Positions 55,855 through 64,000 are shown, counted from the stretch's first letter. The stretch: DNA of 64,000 nucleotides from Candidatus Bathyarchaeota archaeon (GCA_963845275.1 CAWJRR010000008.1:3129-67128); one strand, 5' to 3'. Translations and numbers: made by a program. The notes: a model not told the origin generated them from the letters alone.

Positions 55855-57256
55855 TTACCGATTGTAACGTGCAGTCGTTTCAGCTTTTCCCGCATGTTCT
55901 CTGTCAAGAGCTTCCGCGAGGCGTAGGAGTGGCCCTAACTTATTCACAACGTTCCGTTGCGCTACGGAAAGCTCTTCGTACTCTTTATGGTCTGGCTTTG
56001 GCAATGCTCTGCTATGATATCGGACGATAATCGCAACAATCTCTCGTTGAGAGTCGCTAAGTCCGATTATCGGTGACGCCTTGATCAAATAGTACGAGTG
56101 TTTGTGGTGATCAGTCATCCCGATGTAGTAGCCTATGTCATGCAAGAGCCCTGCAACCTCAAGTAGTGTCCGTTCTTTGGGCCCGAGTTTGTGCAGTCTC
56201 CGAGTTGAATCGAACAGGTTCAGTGCAATACGAGCCACAGTCATGGAATGTTGTGCATCATAGTCAAACTTCCTTCCGAAGAGTTTGGCAGATGAGGTGA
56301 CTTGCAAGTGATAGAAGGGTTCTTCGACTTTGCGAAGTTTAGACGCCATGTCGACTAAAAGACCATCCCTGAGTCCCACTCGAGGAATGAGTATGCGATT
56401 AACACGAGCGTGTTGGGCAATATTCTGGAGGACTATGGCCGCGGGAATTATGACGTCCGCTCGGTCTGGCCGCAGCTTGAATTTTCTCATTCTATCTTCA
56501 TACGACTTCGATTCAAGTCGCACGAGAATCGAATCAAGGTCCTGGGTAGTGAGTGAAGTGGCGTTTTTCCTGCCACAAAGCTGAACTCCCAGCTCCCCCA
56601 ACGCTTCGACATTGCCGCCTGTCGCTATGCAGAAGCCGATCCTGTGGGCCGCTAGTTCCTTCTTTAGCCGCGTATCTGCGACGTTCAAGTAGGCATGAAC
56701 TAGTTGTCGAAAAACTTTGTCACCACGCTTCTTCTGCTCAAGCATTTGAAGTAGCCTAACGGTGCCTGTGGCGAAACTCTCAGTTACCAGAATCTCACGT
56801 TGATTGGCGAGGCTGATCTCGACACTGCCGCCTCCAATGTCGACGATCAAGGCGAGTTTGCGTTTCAACTTAACGTTGCTCGTGACAGCTAAATGAATGA
56901 GGCGCGCTTCCTCGTCTCCGCTAATGGGCTCTATTGTTATTTCGGAGGCCTTCGCGATTTGGTCGATAACGTATTCCCGATTGCTGGCCTCTCTGAGCGC
57001 ACTCGTGCCTACGGCTCTGACTAATTTCGCTTTTTCCGGCGTTGATAAGCTTCCGGAACTTCAGGAAGGCGTCCATTGCCTCGACGAGTCGCTTATTGGA
57101 GATCTCTCGGTTTGCGAAGACATCGGCTCCAAGCCGAACTGGTTCTCGAGCAGTATGGATTAGGTCAAGTTTTCCTTTGTCATCTGCTGACGCGATTGCC
57201 AATCGAATTGCGTTCGATCCAACGTCAATCGCGGCCAACTTCGGCATGCTATGCAC
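55855..57256 (-). pseudogene. ppx: Exopolyphosphatase Ppx/GppA, split by one frameshift in a homopolymer
   Basis: ORF 56921-57256 starts ..KLAAIDVGSNAIRLAIA. ORF 55855-56868 carries LIVDIGGGSVEIS and the HD region (LLHDIGYYI..HHKHSYYLI). The connecting peptide AKLVRAVGTSALREASNREYVIDQIAKASEITIEPISGDEEARLIHLAV is in frame with the downstream part. The switch occurs at the T5 run at 57031-57035. Confidence 0.8.
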
Positions 57257-57392
57257 TTCTATGCGAATATGATACTAACCAGCACATGGATTGAGACTTA
57301 TCAAAGATGCGCATATTCCCCATTCAGTAGCGTGATGCAAAAGGGCAATGGACTTAAGCAATCCCAACTGAGTAGCACGAAGGCCCAACACG

Positions 57393-58736
57393 TTGACTAT
57401 CCCCATTTCAGAACTCAACAGTTCCGGACCCAGCCTTCCAACTACTCGGCCTGCGAATGCACCGCCAGTGTTTCATCTCCTAGCAAAACCTCGAGGCGCT
57501 ATCTGTAATCTCGATTGTAAGTACTGTTTCTACCTTTCCAAGGAGCAACTCTACGCGGGTAGCACATTCCGCATGACGGATGAGATGCTGGAAACGTATA
57601 TCCGACAACTCATAGAATCCCACACGACCAGCGAAGTTACTGTGGCATGGCAGGGCGGTGAGCCAACCCTGATGGGGCTCGATTTTTTCAGGCGTTCGAT
57701 CGTGTACGAAAAGGAATATGCAAGACCGGGGATGCAGATTCAGAACACCATTCAAACGAATGGAACCTTGATCAATGATGAGTGGGCAGCCTTCTTCAAG
57801 GAGAATAATTTCCTGGTCGGCCTCAGCATAGACGGCCCCCGCGAGATGCACGATTATTACCGAGTCGACAGGCAGGGAGCACCAACCTTCGATCACGTTA
57901 TGCGCGGCTTACGTTTCCTGCAGAAGCATGAAGTCGAATGGAACGCGCTTACGACGATTCACCATGCGAACGCTGATCACCCTGTGGAAGTTTACCGTTT
58001 TCTACGTGACGAATGCAAAGCAGGATTCATCCAATTCATCCCAATCGTTGAGCGACTCACGCCTGACAGCAGCAAAGTGACTGATCGTTCAGTGACTGCT
58101 GAACAATACGGCAAGTTCCTTGTTGGCGTCTTCGAGGAGTGGGTGAGGCGTGACGTTGCTAAGGTGTATGTGCAAATGTTCGATGTCGCACTCGCGAATT
58201 GGCACGGCGAACCCTCAGGCTTGTGCGTTCACTCCGAAACTTGCGGAGGCGCACTGGCCATTGAACATAATGGTGATCTATACTCTTGCGATCATTTCGT
58301 TACTCCCCAGTACAAGCTGGGTAACATCAAACAGAAGCATATGATTGAATTAGTGGGGTCGGATCAGCAACTCAAGTTTGGGCGGGATAAGCTCGACACC
58401 CTTCCTAAATACTGCCGCGAATGCGAGGTGCGCTTCGCATGCCACGGCGGCTGCCCGAAGGACCGATTCATCACAACGCCCGACGGAGAACCGGGACTAA
58501 ACTACCTGTGCGCGGGCTTCAAGATCTTCTTCAACCACATCGATCAGCCTATGAAGACTATGAGCCAACTACTCCACAGAAATCGGGCACCCGCAGAGAT
58601 AATGCAAACGTATGCAAAGCAAGGGATCATGGAACCTGACCTGGATACGCACGCCTCCACGTGCTCTATTTCCACAGAATATCGGCTTGCGAACAAAACT
58701 ATGAGTCATTACTCAATGTTGGATGAAACATACTGA
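57393..58736 (+). CDS. Anaerobic sulfatase-maturating enzyme (radical SAM/SPASM), second copy
   Basis: 447-aa ORF. It has CNLDCKYCFY, GGEPTL and [18 protein letters not shown]. By eye it shares a majority of residues with the 35281-36631 product. Confidence 0.85.
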   Translation: MTIPISELNSSGPSLPTTRPANAPPVFHLLAKPRGAICNLDCKYCFYLSKEQLYAGSTFRMTDEMLETYIRQLIESHTTSEVTVAWQGGEPTLMGLDFFRRSIVYEKEYARPGMQIQNTIQTNGTLINDEWAAFFKENNFLVGLSIDGPREMHDYYRVDRQGAPTFDHVMRGLRFLQKHEVEWNALTTIHHANADHPVEVYRFLRDECKAGFIQFIPIVERLTPDSSKVTDRSVTAEQYGKFLVGVFEEWVRRDVAKVYVQMFDVALANWHGEPSGLCVHSETCGGALAIEHNGDLYSCDHFVTPQYKLGNIKQKHMIELVGSDQQLKFGRDKLDTLPKYCRECEVRFACHGGCPKDRFITTPDGEPGLNYLCAGFKIFFNHIDQPMKTMSQLLHRNRAPAEIMQTYAKQGIMEPDLDTHASTCSISTEYRLANKTMSHYSMLDETY

Positions 58737-59230
58737 ATCGGCAACCCATTCGCGTCCCCGTAGGGTCGTGTGAAGGTTAGCCCAGTCCTGTAAATAGCTC
58801 GTTGATGCCTAAGCGCATCGTCCATGGTCCATGGACCATCCACCGTCCAGAACGTATCATCGTCGGGAACAGCCGAGTTACCACGAGGGGTACTAGCAGG
58901 CAACCCGGCCTCAGAACCGATTTGTACTAGGTTTGGCAGACGGTTTGGAGGAACTAGCATTGCAAATATGCCTCGGATTTGAGCACATTTTTTCGTTTTC
59001 CCAGCCTTCGAGGAGGGTTCCGTTCGCTACCGTTCGAGACGGCTTGAAGAGACATGTCACGAGACATCCCAGCCTAGTTCCACGCGTCCTTCAGGAGAGT
59101 TCGCATAGATTTGTTTGCTAGTTGTATGTGAGTTCTGTAGTTCGATTATGCTGGTCTACAATGTCGTTAAGTAGGCTTGTCCACGACTTCCCTTTCTCAT
59201 GTCCGATCTTCCTTCTTAGTTCAGTCATAG

Positions 59231-59626
59231 TTATGTCGGCACGAACATGGGTTGGATATGCTGCTCGAGGAGTATCGGGGTGGGTTCCTCAGCTAGTTCG
59301 GCGTGTTCCTGGCTAGTTGAACTAGCCGAAGTCTCCTCGGAACTAGCTAGTTCGTTGACTTTGGGGCTAGTTGAACTAGCTAGTTCATCGACTTCAGGGC
59401 TAGTTGAACTAGCAGGTTCAGGGCTAGTTGGTTCGGGTATGGTGGCTACAAGGCCGGGTTCCACCTTAGGTTGCTCGTCCTTAACCCTACCTTCCTTGAT
59501 TAGGAAGTCGATAACCTGGGCTACTCCCGTGGTATCGGTTTTCAGAACATAGGTAACTAGGGTCGGCGCCGTCTTTGGGGGAGGGCGACGTCGTGTCTCG
59601 CATTGGCTTTGAGCCTTATGCATCAA
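59231..59626 (-). CDS. Hypothetical Ser/Thr/Glu/Pro-rich protein (coding status uncertain; contains the CTAG-palindrome array)
   Basis: 131-aa ORF. The opposite strand is also open (59247-59552), so ORF length alone is weak evidence. Confidence 0.3.
   Translation of the reverse strand: MMHKAQSQCETRRRPPPKTAPTLVTYVLKTDTTGVAQVIDFLIKEGRVKDEQPKVEPGLVATIPEPTSPEPASSTSPEVDELASSTSPKVNELASSEETSASSTSQEHAELAEEPTPILLEQHIQPMFVPT
59291..59431. repeat. Array of CTAG-centred palindromes / imperfect direct repeats
   Basis: GCTAGTTGAACTAGC lies at 59312-59326, 59366-59380 and 59399-59413. GAACTAGCTAGTTC lies at 59340-59353 and 59373-59386. Partial copies lie at 59291-59300 and 59423-59431. Confidence 0.7.
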
Positions 59627-59712
59627 CCCTCGATCAGGGAGGCTATTTTACGTTCACATTCTGGCGCTTCATGCACTATGAGATACAATCGTAGCGGGTG
59701 TCAGCCCTTATC

Positions 59713-59928
59713 CTACGTCATCTTAGTTCCGTCATAGCGTCTGCGTCGTAGTACGTATAGTGATGCTGCTAGTGCTGATGCTGCCGCGATAACTAATCCG
59801 TTGAATTCGGGTACGGGTATGTTGCTTTGCTCCAAGTACACGTTCTGTCCTTGCGCGTTCACATCCGCCGAAACGGCAACGGACCAGGACTGAGACGCGT
59901 AACCTGGATCCCTCGCCTCGCCTAACAA
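59713..59928 (-). pseudogene. 3' remnant of a PEF-CTERM-type surface protein gene
   Basis: The ORF ends ..NIPVPEFNGLVIAAASALAASLYVLRRRRYDGTKMT (PEF + TM + Arg cluster). It has no signal peptide and no ATG, and an in-frame stop lies a few codons upstream of the listed start. Confidence 0.45.
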
Positions 59929-60005
59929 GTGTGTTACTAATCTGCCAGACCAAGATGGCTGAGACCCATACTATGTAGCTTCTGTTATTGTCTGAACTTT
60001 TGCTT

Positions 60006-60053
60006 ACCCCTACATATGCTGTGGAAAACGAAAAGCTATGAACATGTAGGGGT
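60006..60053. promoter_or_regulatory. 10-bp inverted repeat immediately upstream of the Fic gene
   Basis: ACCCCTACAT (60006-60015) and ATGTAGGGGT (60044-60053) are separated by 28 nt. The Fic ATG lies at 60059. Confidence 0.3.
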
Positions 60054-60058
60054 AGATA

Positions 60059-60949
60059 ATGTTCATGGTAACTATCAAGAAGAGGCGGATAGGGGGCAGA
60101 ACATACTACTATCTGGAGCACAGCGTGCGCAGAGAGCGAAGGGTCGAGAAGCGGGAGAAGTACCTCGGCAGGAGCATGCCCAAGAACATGCAGACAGTGA
60201 AAGCGGAATTTCTCCACAACATATACAGGGAGAAATGGTTCGATGTCTTTGACCGGATAAAGAAGAACTACTCGGAAGAAGAGAAGCTTACTCCTAGATC
60301 CGCAAGGGGGGAAGAACTTAGAAAATTCTCGATCAGGTTCACGTACGACACACAGAGGATAGAAGGATCGAAGCTGACGCTGAAGGAGACCGCAGAGCTC
60401 CTAGAAGCGGGAATAGCGCCAAGCGGTAAGCCGATTCGTGACGTAAAGGAAGCAGAAGCGCACCAGAACGTCTTCAGCGAGATGCTCAAGCAACAGAAGG
60501 ACCTCTCACTCCAGCTAATCCTCCACTGGCACACTAAGCTTTTCGAAACAACTAAGCAAGACATAGCTGGAAGAATAAGAAAGCACCAGGTTGCAATCTC
60601 AGCCAGCAAGTTTATTCCGCCATCACCCGCAGAAATACCTCCTCTCTTGAGAGACTACTTCAGATGGTACGAACGAAGCAAGCAGAAACTACACCCAGTT
60701 GAACTGGCATCACTGGCGCATCTGAAATTCGTAACTGTGCATCCTTTCGCGGACGGCAACGGCAGAATCAGCAGGCTGATAATGAACTTCATCCTACACA
60801 GGAACGGCTTCCCCATGCTCAACATTACCTACCAGAAAAGAAGCAGCTACTACAATGCCTTAGAAAGATCCCAGACCAAGAGGCAGGATCACATATTCAT
60901 GCAATGGTCTTTCAGAAGATACCTCAAAGAGCATAAGAGATACGTTTAG
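60059..60949 (+). CDS. Fic-domain protein (AMPylase family) with an N-terminal intramolecular inhibitory motif
   Basis: 296-aa ORF with the Fic motif HPFADGNGRISRL. TQRIEG (residues 98-103) matches the (S/T)xxxE(G/N) inhibitory helix motif. Confidence 0.85.
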   Translation: MFMVTIKKRRIGGRTYYYLEHSVRRERRVEKREKYLGRSMPKNMQTVKAEFLHNIYREKWFDVFDRIKKNYSEEEKLTPRSARGEELRKFSIRFTYDTQRIEGSKLTLKETAELLEAGIAPSGKPIRDVKEAEAHQNVFSEMLKQQKDLSLQLILHWHTKLFETTKQDIAGRIRKHQVAISASKFIPPSPAEIPPLLRDYFRWYERSKQKLHPVELASLAHLKFVTVHPFADGNGRISRLIMNFILHRNGFPMLNITYQKRSSYYNALERSQTKRQDHIFMQWSFRRYLKEHKRYV

Positions 60950-61109
60950 GGTTCTCTTCACCTCGCGGAAGCCTCGACTACACCAATCATCAACCGTTCC
61001 ATCATGTAACCTGAACAGGACTCGACGTGTCAACTAACTCGTTCGAGGAGCACCGATGCATCATGCGAACGCTTATTACTGCTAAGAGTGACTTGATGGC
61101 TCGATGTCT

Positions 61110-61256
61110 ATGCCTAAGAAATCAACCTCGAGTTCTAAGGCTAAGCGAAAAGCCAAAGCCAGGAAAGTAAAACGGAAAGTCAAGAAAGGAGCAAAGGCAG
61201 CTAAGCGGAAATTCGGCCAAGGGCTCATGGGCCTCGGAAAGAAACTAAGCTCTTAG
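61110..61256 (+). CDS. 48-aa Lys/Arg-rich small basic protein (below the ORF-track cutoff)
   Basis: Hand translation gives MPKKSTSSSKAKRKAKARKVKRKVKKGAKAAKRKFGQGLMGLGKKLSS. The 12-bp palindrome CGCGGCGCCGCG lies 20 nt downstream (61276-61287). Confidence 0.4.
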   Translation: MPKKSTSSSKAKRKAKARKVKRKVKKGAKAAKRKFGQGLMGLGKKLSS

Positions 61257-61467
61257 CGCCAATATTTCTGTATCGCGCGGCGCCGCGAAATACGGCTCAT
61301 CGGTGGAATTCATACTCTAAAATCAATCCAAGGGAAATCGACCTGTCATTGCTTTCAATCTGTGCGCAGTGACAAGTTCGCATTCGAAAGAACGATGATT
61401 ATATGAAACGAACATGGTCACGAGTTAATGGCAATCGAACGTTAGTTAATGGAGACAGAGGGCAGGC

Positions 61468-61830
61468 ATGCGACCTGAGATTGACGGGACTAAGTTTGGC
61501 TCGATCACCATTGATGGAGATGAACTAGATCACGATGTGGTGATTCGATTGAACGGCAAGGTGAAGAAACGGAAGAAGAAACTGTCAAAGGCTGTCTATG
61601 GTACATCACACATAATTTCGCTGGACGAAGCCAAGCAAGTCTATCAGGAAGGCGCGAAACGACTCATCATTGGTTCCGGGCAGTATAGTAACGTAACTCT
61701 ATCAGACGATGCTGAGGCATATTTCGTGCGGAAGAAGTGCGAAGTGAAGTTGCTACCCACCCCTGATGCAATCGCCATTTGGAACAGGACCGAGGGCGCA
61801 CTGATCGGGTTATTCCACGTTACGTGCTGA
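61468..61830 (+). CDS. Mth938-like domain protein
   Basis: 120-aa ORF. It has FGSITIDGDELDHDVVI......L.....GTSHIISLDEAKQV...GAKRLIIGSGQYSNV, and the size is typical of Mth938/DUF498-type proteins. Confidence 0.65.
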   Translation: MRPEIDGTKFGSITIDGDELDHDVVIRLNGKVKKRKKKLSKAVYGTSHIISLDEAKQVYQEGAKRLIIGSGQYSNVTLSDDAEAYFVRKKCEVKLLPTPDAIAIWNRTEGALIGLFHVTC

Positions 61831-62125
61831 TTACTATCGTGGCGTATAGCCCTACTCTTGCAGAGTTGCGGTAATTCTGCCGGATCGAATTGCTTTCAGA
61901 AACACGGCATGGTCACGTTCAGCTTGATCGGCGTGAATTTGATAATTCGCATGCGCTTGGATTGAAGGAGACACGCTATAAACTGTAATGTTCTTAGAGG
62001 TCACGCGTTCCGTTATGTCTAGGTCAGCTAATGAGCGTTTAATCGAGATATAGAAAAAACTCAGCACCGGCTACACCGATGCTGAAGTTTGGGGAAAGCA
62101 CACCTGGCACGTTAGCTTCTGGGGT

Positions 62126-62767
62126 TTATGCTAAAGTGCCTGTTGTCGGAACGTTCCTAGTTTCGGCGACGCGACGTGCCAAAGCTACGGTTGCAGCAAC
62201 ACGGCGTTTCTCTGCCTGACGAGCCATAGCTACAGCTGCCATTCGACGTTTTTCAGCACGGCGAAGTGCGGTCACGGTTGCAAGGCGACGTTTCTCTGCG
62301 CGACGGAGTAATGCAATAGTTGCGAGACGACGTTTCTCAACACGACGTGCTAAAGCAACTGCTGCAATGCGACGATTCTCGGCACGGCGAATCAGGGCGA
62401 GTGCTAGGAGTCGTCCTTTCTCAGCTCGGCGGCGTAAAGCGACGGCAAGCGCGAGACGTCTCGCTATGCGGCGTTCCTCAACACGACGTGCTAGTGCAAT
62501 TGCGGCAATGAGGCGTCCCTTCAAGCGGCGTTCCTCGGCCCGGCGAGCCAATGCCACAGCCAGGACGACTCGCCTTTCAGTTCGGCGTAACTCAGCAACG
62601 GCCCTAAGAAGACGCATCTCAGCAACAGTCCTGAGGCGACGCGTGTCAGATACGGTGGTAAAGAGACGTGTTACAGCAACGGCTCTAATGCGACGAGCCT
62701 CAGCAACGGCCTTGATGAGACGTATTTCAGCTAATCGTTCTTGTTGTCTAACAGACATGTTTATCAC
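62126..62767 (-). CDS. Arg/Ala-rich tandem-repeat protein (about 13 units of ~14 aa); strand assignment tentative
   Basis: 213-aa ORF with units such as RRAEKRRLATIALL, RRAEKRRLATVTAL, RRAEKRRMAAVAMA, RRVEKRRLATIALL and RRAENRRIAAVALA. The underlying DNA period is 42 bp, with two 57-bp units. AT-rich TATA-like sequence lies upstream (62771-62790). Confidence 0.45.
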   Translation of the reverse strand: MINMSVRQQERLAEIRLIKAVAEARRIRAVAVTRLFTTVSDTRRLRTVAEMRLLRAVAELRRTERRVVLAVALARRAEERRLKGRLIAAIALARRVEERRIARRLALAVALRRRAEKGRLLALALIRRAENRRIAAVALARRVEKRRLATIALLRRAEKRRLATVTALRRAEKRRMAAVAMARQAEKRRVAATVALARRVAETRNVPTTGTLA

Positions 62768-62939
62768 GTTATATTGATATACGCAGAAGGTATATGTGCC
62801 TTATGCATCACCAATAACGATGGCATTTTACGATCGATTCCAGTTCCGGCCAAAATCAATTCACAGGGTCAGTAAATTATCGAACTTTCACACTTATTTA
62901 TGTCACATAACCACTTGCTATCACGTGGATGAAGGAAAC

Positions 62940-63425
62940 ATGGCATCGAAGACTCATGGCATTCTAACGATTCTTTTCGGATTGATTCTTCTAATATTCC
63001 CATGGTTTGGTTTATGGACTCTGACCGCGATCTTCGGATTAATTCTGATATTGATCGGTATAGGTTTGCTGGCGTTTGGTGCATTCATGTATCAATCAAG
63101 CAAGGCAGCGGCTGTAGCATTTTTGATACTTGGGATTCTTGGATTGATTTCCGGGGTTGGGCTATTTGGGAACGTAGGCGCCTTTGCTGCGTTGGCAGGG
63201 CTGGCACTCTACATGAGCGGCTTCATCTTGATAATTGCTGGTCTTGTACTCGTGTTAAAGCCACGAACGAAACTATCACGGGAAGTGGGCCTCTTAGGCA
63301 TCATCATGGGCATAGTATACATCATCCTGGGTTCATTCGCGGTTGACCCGCGTGGGCTTTCAATTCTAATGGGCATCTGGCTGATAATTGCTGGCGCAAC
63401 CTCTCTGTTGTCCGCCGGTCAATAG
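62940..63425 (+). CDS. DUF308/HdeD-like integral membrane protein
   Basis: ATG at 62940 (MASKTHGILTILFGLILLIFPW...) is followed by six Gly-rich hydrophobic helices. The listed upstream start at 62796 is unlikely. Confidence 0.6.
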   Translation: MASKTHGILTILFGLILLIFPWFGLWTLTAIFGLILILIGIGLLAFGAFMYQSSKAAAVAFLILGILGLISGVGLFGNVGAFAALAGLALYMSGFILIIAGLVLVLKPRTKLSREVGLLGIIMGIVYIILGSFAVDPRGLSILMGIWLIIAGATSLLSAGQ

Positions 63426-63538
63426 GTAATTAGTACGAGATTGGTGAAAGAAGCTCTCTAATCCGTTCACCATTAGCGAGACTGATTCCCTAAACACGTC
63501 GCCCGCCCACTAGGCTTCTTCGCTTTCAAGCAGAGTGG

Positions 63539-63994
63539 TCAACCTTGGGTCTTTGGTTTCTTCTGTTGCAGAGGGAGGGAAGAGCCTACTGCCTTTTTCA
63601 TGTACGTATTGAGAAATCTCATAAGAGCAATCCCGGTCATTAACGAGATCCCAAGAATTATCCAAATTTGGAGTGGCCGTAACAGGACCTTGAAGGGAAG
63701 CATCGTATTATTCAATAGGTGGAAGACTGCGAAGGCAATTAATAATAGTAGAACCATGTTGAGACACGATCTACCTTTCTGAGCAAGTGCGCGTACGCGT
63801 TTGACATCGCCGCTCTCAATTTCCATTAGCGCGAATCCGAAAACAACGAGAGCAATTATGTTCAGGACAACTATAATGTCATAAACCCAGAGAATTATGT
63901 CGACAGGGAGAATCACGAAGAGCGCGACTGGTGAAAAGTACACGGCTACCATCTGATTAAAGCTGTAAGGAGGAGAACCGAGTTGCGTTTGCAA
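63539..63994 (-). CDS. Integral membrane protein (hypothetical)
   Basis: 151-aa ORF with four hydrophobic helices and a basic C-terminal tail. Confidence 0.4.
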   Translation of the reverse strand: MQTQLGSPPYSFNQMVAVYFSPVALFVILPVDIILWVYDIIVVLNIIALVVFGFALMEIESGDVKRVRALAQKGRSCLNMVLLLLIAFAVFHLLNNTMLPFKVLLRPLQIWIILGISLMTGIALMRFLNTYMKKAVGSSLPLQQKKPKTQG

Positions 63995-64000
63995 GTAATT

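Noticed and set aside
59291-59431. CRISPR array
   Set aside because: The repeats are 14-15 bp palindromes that partly overlap each other and have irregular 7-30 nt gaps. There are no unique spacers of constant length and no cas genes.
62126-62767. CRISPR or non-coding minisatellite for the 42-bp periodic sequence
   Set aside because: The units are contiguous with no spacers and have diverged in a way that keeps a regular RRAEKRR..hydrophobic peptide pattern. A coding repeat is more likely, although the strand remains uncertain.
62367-62777. Plus-strand 136-aa Arg/Ser-rich ORF as the real gene
   Set aside because: It is the mirror of the longer minus-strand ORF. It runs into the divergent promoter region and lacks the clean 14-residue amphipathic periodicity. 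It is not excluded, only less likely.

Overview
This is an archaeal-looking accessory region. The gene content suggests this: pyruvoyl arginine decarboxylase, a KaiC-like ATPase, an archaeosortase-family protein, an Mth938-like protein, and many surface proteins with a signal peptide and C-terminal anchor. The lineage cannot be proven from this window; TACK/Nitrososphaeria-like is only a guess. I found no rRNA, no convincing tRNA and no CRISPR array. Layout by block: (1) 1-11.9 kb is a cell-envelope block. It holds a decayed FG-GAP repeat gene, three GT-C/DUF2029-like membrane glycosyltransferase-like genes, and a tight five-gene minus-strand operon flanked by more surface proteins. The operon encodes a KaiC-like ATPase, an archaeosortase-like protein with Ser where Cys is expected, a secreted protein with a C-terminal TM+Arg tail, a GT-C-like protein and an N-anchored protein. 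(2) 12-21 kb is mixed metabolism: PPK2, kynureninase, an M6-like protease with LExxH, VOC, GNAT, DMT. (3) 21.3-23.8 kb holds small gene cassettes punctuated by a short GT-rich/GTGCGCAC repeat family with tRNA-T-arm-like cores. (4) 23.8-48.6 kb is a sulfatase island with five Cys-type sulfatase genes (one decayed), one FGE, one of the window's two radical-SAM anSME genes, and visibly GC-richer bacterial-looking inserts. (5) 48.9-58.7 kb starts with a SulP permease, followed by a polyphosphate block (CYTH, PPK1, CHAD-metallophosphoesterase, HD, PPX) in which only ppk1 and the HD gene are intact. The second anSME gene (57393-58736) sits at the end of this block. (6) 58.7-64 kb is an odd end region: a CTAG-palindrome array, a PEF-CTERM remnant, a Fic gene, a 48-aa Lys-rich ORF, an Mth938-like gene, a 14-aa Arg-rich tandem-repeat protein and DUF308-like membrane proteins. 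At least eight genes are broken by single-base frame changes, with no other disruptions noticed. Many of these changes sit in short homopolymers, and they are strongly clustered while long neighbouring genes stay intact. All functional calls come from motif recognition by eye; no database search was possible.
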